Positions 1 to 12,711 of a stretch of DNA of 64,000 bases are shown here, piece by piece (position 1 is the stretch's first letter; the number at the start of each line of letters is the position of its first letter). The DNA lies in assembly GCF_033549285.1 (NCBI RefSeq), contig NZ_JAWSUJ010000011.1, positions 1,757 through 65,756 on the forward strand. Reading direction: 5' to 3'. The stretch comes from Halomonas sp. Lineage in GTDB: Bacteria; Pseudomonadota; Gammaproteobacteria; Pseudomonadales; Halomonadaceae. A program made the position numbers and the translations under genes. The notes below the pieces were generated by a model. The model had not been told where the DNA came from. It did not search any database and saw only the letters and a list, made by a program, of their open reading frames with translations.

Positions 1-57
1 CTGGATACCGCCCTGGCCATGCACGCGGCCGCCGGACGCAAGCGCGACGCCGCCTGA
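1..57 (+). CDS. 3' end of an unidentified CDS entering from upstream of the window
   Basis: Frame 1 is open from base 1 to TGA at 55-57 (...LDTALAMHAAAGRKRDAA*). It is too short to identify. Confidence 0.3.
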   Translation: MDTALAMHAAAGRKRDAA

Positions 58-170
58 TGGCCGGCCGTCCCTGACGGCCATCCCCACGCCGTGCGGTATG
101 ATGACGCCGGGCCACCACCGTGGCCCGGCGTCGTCTCGTGCCGAGGATGGATGAAACCCAAGGAAGGCCC

Positions 171-917
171 ATGTCGCTCCCCGACTACTCCTGGCTGGCC
201 TGGACCCTCATCGTGGTGTCCACCTACCTCACCGGTGTCTCCAAGGGCGGGTTCGCCGGCGGCTTCGGCACCCTCTCGGTGCCGCTGATGGCGCTCGCCA
301 TCGGCCCCGTCGAGGCGGCCGGCCTGCTGCTGCCGCTGCTGCTGGTGATGGATGCCTTCACGGTGAAGGCCTGGTGGGGGCATCACGACCGCACCGAGGT
401 GCGACGCGTGCTCCCGGGGCTGGCCATCGGGGTGGTCATCGGCACCCTGCTGATCGGTCGCCTGGACGAGGATGGCGTGCGCCTGCTGCTGGGCGTGATC
501 TCGCTGCTGTTCGCCGCCTACATGCTGCTCAAGCCGGGGGCGGGGCGCCCGATCTCCACGCGCTGGGCGCTGCCGGCCGGTGTTGGCTGCGGCTTCACCA
601 GCTTCCTGGCCCATGCCGGGGCGCCGCCGCTCAACCTCTACCTGGTTCCCCGGCGGCTGAGCAAGCAGGCCTTCATCGCCACCAGCGCGATCCTCTTCGC
701 CGCGGTCAACCTGATGAAGCTGCCGCCCTACCTGTGGCTCGGCGAGATCAACCTGACCAGCGCCGGGGCCTCGCTGCTGCTGGTGCCGATGGCCTGGGCA
801 GGCGTTCGCAGCGGCCTGTGGCTGCAGCACCGGGTCAGCGAGCGTCTCTTCTACCGCCTGGTGATCCTGGCCATGGCCATCGTCGGCGTGCAGCTGCTGC
901 TCCGGGCCCTGGGCTGA
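171..917 (+). CDS. TauE/SafE family sulfite/anion exporter (membrane protein)
   Basis: Part of ORF 120..917. ATG at 171 follows AAGGAAGG. The protein is multi-TM with a Gly-rich N-terminus (MSLPDYSWLAWTLIVVSTYLTGVSKGGFAGGFGTLSVPLMA) typical of TauE/SafE. Confidence 0.8.
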   Translation: MSLPDYSWLAWTLIVVSTYLTGVSKGGFAGGFGTLSVPLMALAIGPVEAAGLLLPLLLVMDAFTVKAWWGHHDRTEVRRVLPGLAIGVVIGTLLIGRLDEDGVRLLLGVISLLFAAYMLLKPGAGRPISTRWALPAGVGCGFTSFLAHAGAPPLNLYLVPRRLSKQAFIATSAILFAAVNLMKLPPYLWLGEINLTSAGASLLLVPMAWAGVRSGLWLQHRVSERLFYRLVILAMAIVGVQLLLRALG

Positions 918-920
918 GCC

Positions 921-2216
921 TCAGGTCGGGATATGCCAGGTCCCCCGGCACTGGCTACCGGGAAAGAGCCGCTGGGCGGTATCGGCGTTGCGCCGTTCGG
1001 CGAGGCTGTCGCGTCCGGCGCCCAGGGCCGCCAGCAGGGGGTCGTCGGCATGGCGCACGGTGAGCAGGGTCAGGTCGTCGCGGCGCTCCACCGCGTAGTC
1101 GGCGGCGAGCGATGCGACCAGCGGCTCGAGGCGCTCGGGGTGGCCGTCCAGGCACAGCGAGAGGCGCATGGCCCCGCTGTCGACCAGGCCGGCATGCAGC
1201 CCGGCCTCCACCAGGCGGCCGAGGATGTCGTGCTGGCGAGCCTCGTCCATGAAGGCGAAGTCCCGGGGGCGGACCTCCAGCAGCGTCTGCGCCTCGCGCA
1301 GGACCAGGGAGGGCGTCTGGGTGTCGAACCGGGTGTCCCGGCCGATGGTGCTGGGCGGTGCCTCGAGGTCCTGGAAGGAGCGCACCGTCAGCGGGATCGC
1401 CTTCTGCTGCAGCGGGCCCAGGGTCTTGGGGTGGATCACCTTGGCGCCGTGCCAGGCCAGCTCGATGGCCTCGCCGTAGGAGATCTGCTCGAGCTGCACC
1501 GCATTGTCGAAGCGCCGCGGGTCGGCATTGAAGAGCCCGGGCACGTCCTTCCAGATGGTGACCTCCTCCGCGTCCAGGCAGTGGGCGAGGATCGCCGCGC
1601 TGAAGTCCGAGCCCTCGCGGCCCAGGGTGGTCGAGGCGCCCTCGGCGGTGCCGCCGATGAAGCCCTGGGTGACGCGGATCCTGCCGTCGTCGCTATCCAG
1701 GCCACGCACTCGCTCGGCGGTGGCCTGCCAGTCGACGTTGGCCGCCTGGTGGCAATCGTCGGTGACCACCAGCTCCCGGGCATCCCGCCACTCGGTCGCC
1801 ATGCCGGCCTCCTCCAGCCAGGCACTGACGATGGTGGTGGAGAGCAGCTCGCCGAAGCAGACGGTCTGGTCGTAGTGGAAGGGACGCTCGCGGCTCGCAT
1901 GGCGACGATGGCGGCGGTCGAGCTCGGTGATCAGCGTCTCGACTCGCTCCGCCACGGGGCCGGTCCTGGTGCCGAACAGGCTCTCCACCGTGGCCAGGTG
2001 CTTCCGGCGAAGGGTCTCGAGGCGGTCGCGATAGTCGTCCGCCTCGCCCTGCCGTGCCGCTTCCAGCAGCGCCTCCAGGGCATTGGTGGTCTTGCCCATG
2101 GCCGAGACCACCACCACCAGGGGGCGCGCCCGGAAGCGGGCCAGCAGCTCGCCCAGTCGGCGGATGGCCGCGGCGTCCTGGATCGAGGCACCGCCGAACT
2201 TGAAGACCTGGGTCAT
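921..2216 (-). CDS. aspartate kinase (monofunctional aspartokinase)
   Basis: Part of ORF 921..2318, trimmed to the ATG at 2216. MTQVFKFGGASIQDAAAIRRL...VVVVSAMGKTTNAL is the classic aspartokinase N-terminus, and there is a C-terminal ACT-like region. Confidence 0.9.
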   Translation of the reverse strand: MTQVFKFGGASIQDAAAIRRLGELLARFRARPLVVVVSAMGKTTNALEALLEAARQGEADDYRDRLETLRRKHLATVESLFGTRTGPVAERVETLITELDRRHRRHASRERPFHYDQTVCFGELLSTTIVSAWLEEAGMATEWRDARELVVTDDCHQAANVDWQATAERVRGLDSDDGRIRVTQGFIGGTAEGASTTLGREGSDFSAAILAHCLDAEEVTIWKDVPGLFNADPRRFDNAVQLEQISYGEAIELAWHGAKVIHPKTLGPLQQKAIPLTVRSFQDLEAPPSTIGRDTRFDTQTPSLVLREAQTLLEVRPRDFAFMDEARQHDILGRLVEAGLHAGLVDSGAMRLSLCLDGHPERLEPLVASLAADYAVERRDDLTLLTVRHADDPLLAALGAGRDSLAERRNADTAQRLFPGSQCRGTWHIPT

Positions 2217-2363
2217 CCGAATCCTCCCGCCGTTCACTGTGGTCACGGGTGCTACCTTGCGTGAAATTGCCGCCCGGGGAAAGGGCGTGTCAGCCGGCGA
2301 CACAACCAGAACAGGCACCCGTGGGTGCCTGTCGCGTAGTGCCTGTCGGGCCCTGCGCGGGCG

Positions 2364-3521
<1,158 letters not shown>

Positions 3522-3528
3522 GTCGGGC

Positions 3529-4728
<1,200 letters not shown>

Positions 4729-5000
4729 GGGGGTTCGAATCCAGATCGGGAAAATATCAACAATGGTAGGGTCTTATCGGTAATGGGAGCGCCTTGGCGC
4801 GTCCGGACCCGATGCCACCCCGGTCTCACTCTCGCCTGGTCGGTCGCATGGGCCGGCGAGTGGGCGCTGATAATGGCGCCCCCTGAGGCTGGTCGCAAGA
4901 GGTTTTCGCGTCAAGGCTAATACGAAAGTCGGGGTGGGGCAGGCCGTTTCGCGAGCCGTTCGCAGGTCGACGCGCGGGCGAGGCAGGGGCGGTGGGCCGG

Positions 5001-5027
5001 AAACGAAAAAAGCGCCCGTAGGCGCTT
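5001..5027 (-). terminator. intrinsic terminator downstream of ssrA
   Basis: The minus strand reads AGCGCC-UACG-GGCGCU followed by UUUUUUCGUUU. It lies about 18 nt past the tmRNA CCA end. Confidence 0.7.
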
Positions 5028-5043
5028 GATTCGTCGACTTGTT

Positions 5044-5423
5044 TGGTGGAGGCGGCGGGAATTGAACCCGCGTCCGCCGGCACTCACCCATTGGCTCTAC
5101 ATGCTTAGTTTCGTCTTTTGATTTAACGCGACTGGCTCCGACGAGCAGGATCCAGCCACGCGATTCCTCTGAGTTTTAACGACCGGCGAGAGGACACCAC
5201 CGATCGCGATCCCATCAGTCGTCGCTCGTATCCCCTCCGTGATGAATGGGCACATCACTTCGGGGCCGGGCTAGAAGCTAGCGGCGTTTAAGCTGCCAGC
5301 GCGCCCTGAGCGTAGTTGTCGTCGTTTGCGACTATTCAATCGTGATGTTGTATTTACGAGATACATCACGCTCTCGGCATGCACCTCAGGGATTGTCACC
5401 GGCGTCGAAACCGTGTCGCCCCC
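5044..5423 (-). ncRNA. ssrA: tmRNA (transfer-messenger RNA)
   Basis: The minus strand starts GGGGGCGACACGGUUUCGACGCC (5423 downward) and ends ...GGUUCAAUUCCCGCCGCCUCCACCA (5044). The tag reading frame GCA AAC GAC GAC AAC UAC GCU CAG GGC GCG CUG GCA GCU UAA (5329->5288) encodes ANDDNYAQGALAA. It lies directly downstream of smpB. Confidence 0.95.
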
Positions 5424-5463
5424 GTAACGCGCATCCTAACAGGATGTGCAGTTCTGTGACACC

Positions 5464-5955
5464 TCAGGCCTTGATTTGTTCCCGCATGATGCGGCCCTTC
5501 TGCCGCTGCCAGTCGCGGTCCTTCTCGGTGGCCCGCTTGTCGTGAAGCTTCTTGCCGGTCACCAGGGCCAGTTCGCACTTCACCCGGTTGTTCTTCCAGT
5601 AGAGCTTGAGCGGCACGCAGGTGTGCCCCTTCTCCTGGGTGCGCGAGAAGATCTTGGCGATCTCCTTGCGATGCAGCAGCAGCTTGCGGGTGCGCGTCGG
5701 GTCCGCCACCTCGTGGGTGCTGGCGGTGTTGAGCGGCATGACGTGGCTGCCCAGCAGCCAGGCCTCGCCGTTCTTGACCAGGATGTAGGTGTCGGTGAGC
5801 TGCGCCTTGCCGGCCCGCAGGCTCTTCACTTCCCAGCCGGCCAGCACCAGGCCGGCCTCGAAGGTCTCGTCGATGTGGTACTCGAAGCGAGCCTTCTTGT
5901 TCTGGGCGATGACGTTGTTGCCGGGCCCCTTGCTCTTGCCTTTCTTGTTGGCCAT
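5464..5955 (-). CDS. smpB: SsrA-binding protein SmpB
   Basis: Part of ORF 5464..6021, trimmed to the ATG at 5955. The sequence [50 protein letters not shown] is a canonical SmpB. Confidence 0.95.
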   Translation of the reverse strand: MANKKGKSKGPGNNVIAQNKKARFEYHIDETFEAGLVLAGWEVKSLRAGKAQLTDTYILVKNGEAWLLGSHVMPLNTASTHEVADPTRTRKLLLHRKEIAKIFSRTQEKGHTCVPLKLYWKNNRVKCELALVTGKKLHDKRATEKDRDWQRQKGRIMREQIKA

Positions 5956-6083
5956 GAAACCTCGTGTCCTGTATCTGCCGGTGGCGCTGCCCCTTCGATG
6001 TGGGGGGAAGCGTGGTACCATTCAAGGCCTGAAATAACCGCTCATGATACGCCCTGGGCACTGTGAAGTCAGCGGAGAGCTCA

Positions 6084-6518
6084 ATGCCAACGGTCAATCG
6101 GTCCGCCATGGTGCGGCACACCCCCAAGGACATGTTCGACCTGGTCAACGACTTCGAGCGTTATCCGGAATTCCTGCCCGGCTGCCGGCGCGCGCGCCTG
6201 CTGGAGCGCGACGACTCGCACCTGATCGGCGAGATGACCCTGGGGCGGGCCGGGATCGAGCAGAGCTTCACCACCCGCAACGACCTGATCGAGCCCGAGC
6301 GCATCGAGATGTCGCTGGTCAGCGGCCCCTTCAAGCGCCTGCGCGGTCGCTGGCTGTTCCTGCCCATGGGTGAGCAGGCCTGCAAGGTGAGCCTCGAGCT
6401 GGAGTTCGAGTTCGCCAACCGCCTGCTGGGCATGGCCTTCGGCAAGCTCTTCCAGCAGGTGGCCGGCCAGCTGGTGGACTCCTTCACCCGCCGGGCGGAC
6501 AACCTCTATGGCCGCTAG
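6084..6518 (+). CDS. ratA: SRPBCC/ubiquinone-binding protein RatA (YfjG/PasT family)
   Basis: Part of ORF 6063..6518, with the ATG at 6084 (MPTVNRSAMVRHTPKDMFDLVNDFERYPEFLPGC). It shows the conserved yfjG-yfjF-bamE neighbourhood of smpB. Confidence 0.88.
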   Translation: MPTVNRSAMVRHTPKDMFDLVNDFERYPEFLPGCRRARLLERDDSHLIGEMTLGRAGIEQSFTTRNDLIEPERIEMSLVSGPFKRLRGRWLFLPMGEQACKVSLELEFEFANRLLGMAFGKLFQQVAGQLVDSFTRRADNLYGR

Positions 6519-6822
6519 CGCACCCGCCATGCTCGAGGTCGAGGTGGCCTTCGCGCTGCCCGAACGGCAGCGCATCATCACGCTCGTGGTGCCCGAGGGC
6601 ACCACGGCGCGCCAGGCGGTGGCGAAGGCGGGGCTGGAAGCGGCGTTTCCCGACCTGCCCCCGGCCACCTTCCGTGAGGCCGACCTGGGGATCTTCGGCA
6701 AGCGGCTGCGCGACCCGGACGCGGTGCGGCTGCGCGCCGGGGACCGGGTCGAGGTCTATCGCCCCCTGCAGCTCGACCCCAAGGCGGCGCGCAGCGCGCG
6801 GGCCGCCCGCGAGAAACGCTGA
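6508..6822 (+). CDS. rnfH: RnfH family protein (UPF0125, YfjF)
   Basis: ORF 6508..6822 contains ...MLEVEVAFALPERQRIITLVVPEGTTARQAV...GDRVEVYRPL. It overlaps the ratA stop. An alternative ATG at 6529 is possible. Confidence 0.85.
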   Translation: MAASAPAMLEVEVAFALPERQRIITLVVPEGTTARQAVAKAGLEAAFPDLPPATFREADLGIFGKRLRDPDAVRLRAGDRVEVYRPLQLDPKAARSARAAREKR

Positions 6823-6855
6823 CGCCCCGCCCGGCGAGGGCCGGCACGGGGCGTC
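6821..6855. terminator. GC hairpin between convergent rnfH and bamE
   Basis: GACGCCCCG...CGGGGCGTC is an inverted repeat, with a weak U-tract on the minus side only (GUUUCUC). Confidence 0.4.
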
Positions 6856-6879
6856 AGCAAGGTATGCCGCTCGGCGCGA

Positions 6880-7308
6880 TCAGGGGCGGTCCGGGGTGAC
6901 GTTCTCGATGGCCTCCATCCGGGTGTCCGACGTCCCCTCGACGCGGGGGCCGGCCCCCTGGTCCTCGGGTAGCTGGATGTCACCGGAGATGTTGCCCTCG
7001 CGGTCGATGCCGGCCAGGCGCTCGCCCTGGAAGGTCAGGGTGACCCGGCGCTGCTCCACGCCGCCATAGGCCTCGTCGAGGCGATAGACATAGTCCCACT
7101 GGCGGGCATCGAAGGGGGCCTCAAGCAGCGGGCTGCCCATCAGGTCGACCACCTGCTGTCGGCTCATGCCCGGCCGCAGCTGCTCGACCATGGCCTCGGT
7201 CACCAGGTTGCCCTGGGGCAGGTCGCGCTTGTACACGCCGAAATAGCTGCAACCGCTGATCATCAGCAGGGCGAGGGAAAGGGTGACGATTCTGGTCAGC
7301 TTTTGCAT
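6880..7308 (-). CDS. bamE: outer membrane protein assembly factor BamE (SmpA/OmlA lipoprotein)
   Basis: This is the 3' part of ORF 6880..7758, trimmed to the ATG at 7308. MQKLTRIVTLSLALLMISGCSYFGVYKRDLPQGNLVT carries a lipobox (ISGC) and a BamE fold signature. Confidence 0.9.
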   Translation of the reverse strand: MQKLTRIVTLSLALLMISGCSYFGVYKRDLPQGNLVTEAMVEQLRPGMSRQQVVDLMGSPLLEAPFDARQWDYVYRLDEAYGGVEQRRVTLTFQGERLAGIDREGNISGDIQLPEDQGAGPRVEGTSDTRMEAIENVTPDRP

Positions 7309-7380
7309 TTGCGCCTGTTCTTCACTATCGTGGATTCGGTCGATCATAACCGACCCTACCCGATACTGCGAAGAGCGACC

Positions 7381-7827
7381 ATGGCCGACCAGAACCATGA
7401 ATTGCGTAAGGCCGGTCTCAAGGTGACCCTGCCGCGCGTCAAGATCCTGCAGATCCTCGAGAATGCCTCCGAGCAGCACCACCTGAGTGCCGAGGACGTC
7501 TACAAGACCCTGCTGGATGCGGGCGAGGACGTGGGCCTGGCCACCGTCTATCGCGTGCTGACCCAGTTCGAGTCCGCCGGCCTGGTGATCCGCCACAACT
7601 TCGATGGCGGGCATGCGGTCTTCGAGCTCTCTCAGGAGGAGCACCACGACCATATGGTGTGCCTGGAGAGCGGCGAGATCATCGAATTCTTCGACGAGAC
7701 CATCGAGCGTCGCCAGCAGGAGATCGCCGAGGAACACGGCTTCGAGCTGGTGGACCACGCCCTGGTGCTCTACGTCAGGCCGCGTGGCTCGCGGGCGACC
7801 CGCCAGGAAGGCATCCAGAAGAAGTGA
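7381..7827 (+). CDS. fur: ferric uptake regulator Fur
   Basis: Part of ORF 7303..7827, with the ATG at 7381. MADQNHELRKAGLKVTLPRVKILQILE...GLATVYRVLTQFESAGLV...HHDHMVC is near-canonical Fur. Confidence 0.95.
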   Translation: MADQNHELRKAGLKVTLPRVKILQILENASEQHHLSAEDVYKTLLDAGEDVGLATVYRVLTQFESAGLVIRHNFDGGHAVFELSQEEHHDHMVCLESGEIIEFFDETIERRQQEIAEEHGFELVDHALVLYVRPRGSRATRQEGIQKK

Positions 7828-7860
7828 CCTCGCCTCGCTGACCCAGGCAGGCAGACGAAC

Positions 7861-7888
7861 GCGGCCCCGATCCAGAGATCGGGGCCGC
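7861..7888. terminator. hairpin between convergent fur and recN
   Basis: GCGGCCCCGATC-CAGA-GATCGGGGCCGC is a perfect 12-bp stem with no clear U-tract. Confidence 0.45.
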
Positions 7889-7947
7889 AGTGCGTTAGCG
7901 CTAGTGTAAAGGCTTGGCGTCAGGGCCGGGCGAGCGGCTCGGGGCGC

Positions 7948-9621
7948 TCAGTGGTGGGCGCGCTGGCTGGCGTCGAGCATCTCCCGGGCATGGGCCAGGG
8001 TGCGGTCGGAGAGGTTCACCCCGCCCAGCATGCGGGCCAGCTCGCCGACCCGGCCGGCTTCGTCGAGCAGCGCCATGCGGGTCAGGGTGGAGGCCTCGTC
8101 GGCCTGCTTCTCGATATGCAGGTGATGGTGCGCCTGGGCGGCCACCTGGGGCAGGTGGGTCACGGTCATCACCTGGCCGTTGTGGCCGAGCCGACGCAGC
8201 AGCTGGCCGACGATCTCGGCGGTGGCGCCGGAGACGCCCACGTCCACCTCGTCGAACACCAGGCTGGCAATGGTCGAGTGCTGGGCCGCCACCACCTGGA
8301 TCGCCAGGCTGATGCGCGAGAGCTCGCCGCCGGAGGCGACCTTGGCCAGCGGCCGCGCCGGCTGGCCGGGGTTGGCGCTGATCCGCATGCGGGCGATCTC
8401 GAGCCCCTCGGCGGCCGGGGCCTCGCGGGCCTGGAGCTCGACCTCGAAGGTCGCCTTGTCCATGGCCAGGAAGGCCAGCTGCTCCTGCACGGCCTCGCCG
8501 AAGCGGCGGGCGGCCTGCCGGCGGGCCCGGGAGATCACGGTGGCCTGCTCCTGCCAGCGGCTCTTCAGGGCCTCGGCCTCGGCGGCCAGCGCCTCCAGGT
8601 CGCCGTCGCCGCCCTCCAGGCCCTCGAGCTCCTCGGCCAGCCGCCGGTGCAGGGCGAGGAGCTCCTCGGGCAGCACATGGTGCTTGCGGGCGATGCGATG
8701 CACCTCGCCCAGGCGCGTCTCGACCCAGGCCAGCCGCTCCGGGTCCAGCTCGACGCTGCCGGCGAAGTGGCCCAGCTCGCGGCTGGCCTCCTCGACCTGG
8801 ATGCGCGCATCGCCGAGCATGGAAAGGGTGTCGGCCAGGCTGCCGCGCTCGCTGCCCGGCAGCGCCGAGAGGTGCTGGATCGCCTGGTTGAGCAGCGACA
8901 GGGCGCCGCCCTCGTCACCATCGCAGCACTCGGCGGCGAACTGGGCCTCGCGCAGCCGCTCCTCGGCGTGAGCCAGCTCCTCCTGCTCCTCCTCGAGCCC
9001 CTTCAGCTCGTCCTCGGCCAGGGCCAGCTGGTCGAGCTCCTCGACCTGGTAGCGCAGCAGCTGGCGGCGGGCGCGAATCTCGTCGCCATCCTCGGCCAGG
9101 CGCTCCAGGCGGCGCCGGGTCGTCTGCCAGTCGCGGAAGGCCTGGCGCATCTCGGCCACCTGGTCGCGGTGGCCGGCGAAGTCGTCGAGCAGGCGCAGAT
9201 GGGTCTCCTCGTGCAGCAGCGCCTGGTGGGCATGCTGGCCGTGGATCTCGATGAGGTGCTCGCCCAGGGCGCGCAGGTCGGCCACCGTGGCGGGCTGGCC
9301 GTTGATCCAGGCCTTGGAGCGCCCGGCCCGGGTGACCACCCGGCGCAGCAGGCAGTCGTCCGTGGGCAGCTCACGGGCCTCGAGCCAGGCACGCGCCGCG
9401 GGCAGCGCCTGGAGGTCGAAGCGGGCGCTGAGGTCGGCGCGCTCGCGGCCATGGCGCACGCTGGCGCTGTCGGCGCGCTCGCCCAGGCAGAGCCCCAGGG
9501 CCCCCAGCAGGATGGACTTGCCGGCCCCGGTCTCGCCGGTGATGGCGGTCATGCCGCCGGAAAGCTCCAGCTCGAGGTGGTCGACGATGGCGAAGTCGCG
9601 AATGGCAAGCTCTGTCAGCAT
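7948..9621 (-). CDS. recN: DNA repair protein RecN
   Basis: ORF 7948..9621 begins MLTELAIRDFAIVDHLELELSGGMTAITGETGAGKSILLGALGLCLGERAD. It is an SMC-like ATPase with a long coiled coil. Confidence 0.95.
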   Translation of the reverse strand: MLTELAIRDFAIVDHLELELSGGMTAITGETGAGKSILLGALGLCLGERADSASVRHGRERADLSARFDLQALPAARAWLEARELPTDDCLLRRVVTRAGRSKAWINGQPATVADLRALGEHLIEIHGQHAHQALLHEETHLRLLDDFAGHRDQVAEMRQAFRDWQTTRRRLERLAEDGDEIRARRQLLRYQVEELDQLALAEDELKGLEEEQEELAHAEERLREAQFAAECCDGDEGGALSLLNQAIQHLSALPGSERGSLADTLSMLGDARIQVEEASRELGHFAGSVELDPERLAWVETRLGEVHRIARKHHVLPEELLALHRRLAEELEGLEGGDGDLEALAAEAEALKSRWQEQATVISRARRQAARRFGEAVQEQLAFLAMDKATFEVELQAREAPAAEGLEIARMRISANPGQPARPLAKVASGGELSRISLAIQVVAAQHSTIASLVFDEVDVGVSGATAEIVGQLLRRLGHNGQVMTVTHLPQVAAQAHHHLHIEKQADEASTLTRMALLDEAGRVGELARMLGGVNLSDRTLAHAREMLDASQRAHH

Positions 9622-9639
9622 GGTGCCTCCCGGGGCCTG

Positions 9640-9735
9640 TCTGGGACTGCTCAGTCTGTAACTGTCTGGGTCTGTAACTGCCTGGGCCTGTAACTGCCTG
9701 GGCCTGTAACTGCCTGGGTCGGTAACTGCCCAGTC
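9640..9735. repeat. 16-bp tandem repeat in the recN leader (about 4 good plus 2 degenerate units)
   Basis: The units CTGTAACTGTCTGGGT, CTGTAACTGCCTGGGC, CTGTAACTGCCTGGGC, CTGTAACTGCCTGGGT and CGGTAACTGCCCAGTC span 9656-9735. A degenerate unit lies at 9640-9655. Confidence 0.85.
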
Positions 9736-9741
9736 TGTGGC

Positions 9742-9780
9742 TACTGGTTATCCATACACGTATTGTGCGTTTATACAGTA
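9742..9780 (-). promoter_or_regulatory. two abutting LexA (SOS) box-like 20-mers upstream of recN
   Basis: TACTGGTTATCCATACACGT (9742-9761) and TATTGTGCGTTTATACAGTA (9761-9780) resemble the consensus TACTGT-N8-ACAGTA. Each is imperfect. E. coli recN also has tandem SOS boxes. Confidence 0.5.
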
Positions 9781-9827
9781 GTCAAGGTTCGCCCACAATG
9801 CACGTCCGGCGTCGTCGCCCGATGACG

Positions 9828-9857
9828 CCTTGAGTTCGCCACGACCAGCCCCATATA
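9828..9857 (+). promoter_or_regulatory. sigma-32 (RpoH) heat-shock promoter of grpE
   Basis: CTTGAG (9829-9834), a 14-nt spacer, then CCCCATATA (9849-9857), compared with the consensus CTTGAAA-N13/14-CCCCATNT. It lies 80 nt upstream of the grpE ATG. Confidence 0.7.
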
Positions 9858-9936
9858 CCCCGCAGACACGCATTCAAGCCATCATTCATGCCTTGCCAGC
9901 GGCCCCTGGCCGCTGATTGCCATTCAGGAGACCCAC

Positions 9937-10566
9937 ATGGCCAAAGACCCCCAGACCCCGCTGGACGACGAACTCGCTCGCGAGGAGCAGGAAGCCGAGC
10001 CGCAGGCCGAGCCCGAGACCGTGGAGGGTGAGCTGGAGGACGCCATCGAGGGCGCCGAGCAGGCCGCCACCGAGGCCCAGGCCGCGGACAATCCCGAGGC
10101 CGAGGTGCTGGCCGCCCGCGTCGAGGAGCTCGAGCAGAGCGTCGCCGAGGCCAAGGACCAGGCCATGCGCGCCGCCGCCGAGGCGCAGAACGTGCGCCGC
10201 CGGGCGGAGCAGGAGGCCGAGAAGGCCCGCAAGTTCGCCCTGGAGAAGTTCGTGAAGGAACTGCTGCCGGTGGTCGACAGCCTGGAGAAGGCGCTGGACG
10301 CCATGCAGGACGGCGCGAGCGAAGCGCACCGCGAGGGCGTCTCCATGACCCTCAAGATGCAGCAGGACGTGCTGGGCAAGTTCGGCGTCGAGGTGGTGGA
10401 GCCCCACGGCGAGCCCTTCGACCCGCAGTACCACGAGGCCATGGCCATGGTGCCCAACCCCGAGATGGAGCCCAACACCGTCATGGAAGTGATGCAGAAG
10501 GGCTACCTGCTCAACGGGCGCCTGGTACGCCCGGCCATGGTGGTGGTCAGCCAGGCCGCCGGCTGA
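9937..10566 (+). CDS. grpE: nucleotide exchange factor GrpE
   Basis: ORF 9937..10566 has an acidic N-terminus, a coiled coil, and ...[22 protein letters not shown]...[16 protein letters not shown]. Confidence 0.95.
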   Translation: MAKDPQTPLDDELAREEQEAEPQAEPETVEGELEDAIEGAEQAATEAQAADNPEAEVLAARVEELEQSVAEAKDQAMRAAAEAQNVRRRAEQEAEKARKFALEKFVKELLPVVDSLEKALDAMQDGASEAHREGVSMTLKMQQDVLGKFGVEVVEPHGEPFDPQYHEAMAMVPNPEMEPNTVMEVMQKGYLLNGRLVRPAMVVVSQAAG

Positions 10567-10596
10567 GGCCGGGCCACACAAAAGCGGCCCTCGGGT

Positions 10597-10625
10597 CTTG
10601 AAAAGGTTCCGAGGGCCCCCAGATA
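10597..10625 (+). promoter_or_regulatory. sigma-32 (RpoH) heat-shock promoter of dnaK
   Basis: CTTGAAA (10597-10603), a 13-nt spacer, then CCCCAGATA (10617-10625). The -35 sits in the loop of a GGCCCTCGG/CCGAGGGCC inverted repeat (10586-10617) that could also act as a weak grpE terminator. Confidence 0.7.
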
Positions 10626-10690
10626 GACGGCAACCCCGCGGTGAAAGCCGCAGACGACGAATTCAACTGCACTACTTTCGAGGATTTCCT

Positions 10691-12619
<1,929 letters not shown>

Positions 12620-12646
12620 ACCACGACATCTGAACCACGGATGACG

Positions 12647-12680
12647 CCAGCGCGGGGGCCTGACTCCCGCGTTGGTGTTT
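12647..12680 (+). terminator. hairpin/partial terminator between dnaK and dnaJ
   Basis: CCAGCGCGGG-ggcctgact-CCCGCGTTGG (one G-U pair) is followed by TGTTTCC. Confidence 0.45.
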
Positions 12681-12711
12681 CCGCAGAGTCCCTACGGAGG
12701 CGGACAGACTC

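Noticed and set aside
4729-5043. A possible genomic-island integration site at the 3' end of ssrA, a classic attachment site.
   Set aside because: There is no integrase, no duplicated copy of the tmRNA 3' end, and no compositional break that I can see. The next genes are ordinary metabolic genes.
6084-6822. ratA-rnfH as a type II toxin-antitoxin module.
   Set aside because: This pair is the conserved housekeeping yfjG-yfjF neighbourhood of smpB and bamE found across gammaproteobacteria, not a mobile toxin-antitoxin cassette. Nothing unusual is visible in the sequence.
7951-9693. A 580-aa plus-strand ORF opposite recN. Similar long antisense ORFs occur opposite ask (933-2264), nspC and the dehydrogenase (3520-4920), and dnaK and dnaJ (10547-12322, 11404-13053, 13099-14085).
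   Set aside because: These are shadow ORFs typical of high-GC DNA. They are Arg/Ala/Gly/Pro/Leu-rich with no recognisable motifs. Each lies fully opposite a gene with an unmistakable conserved product.
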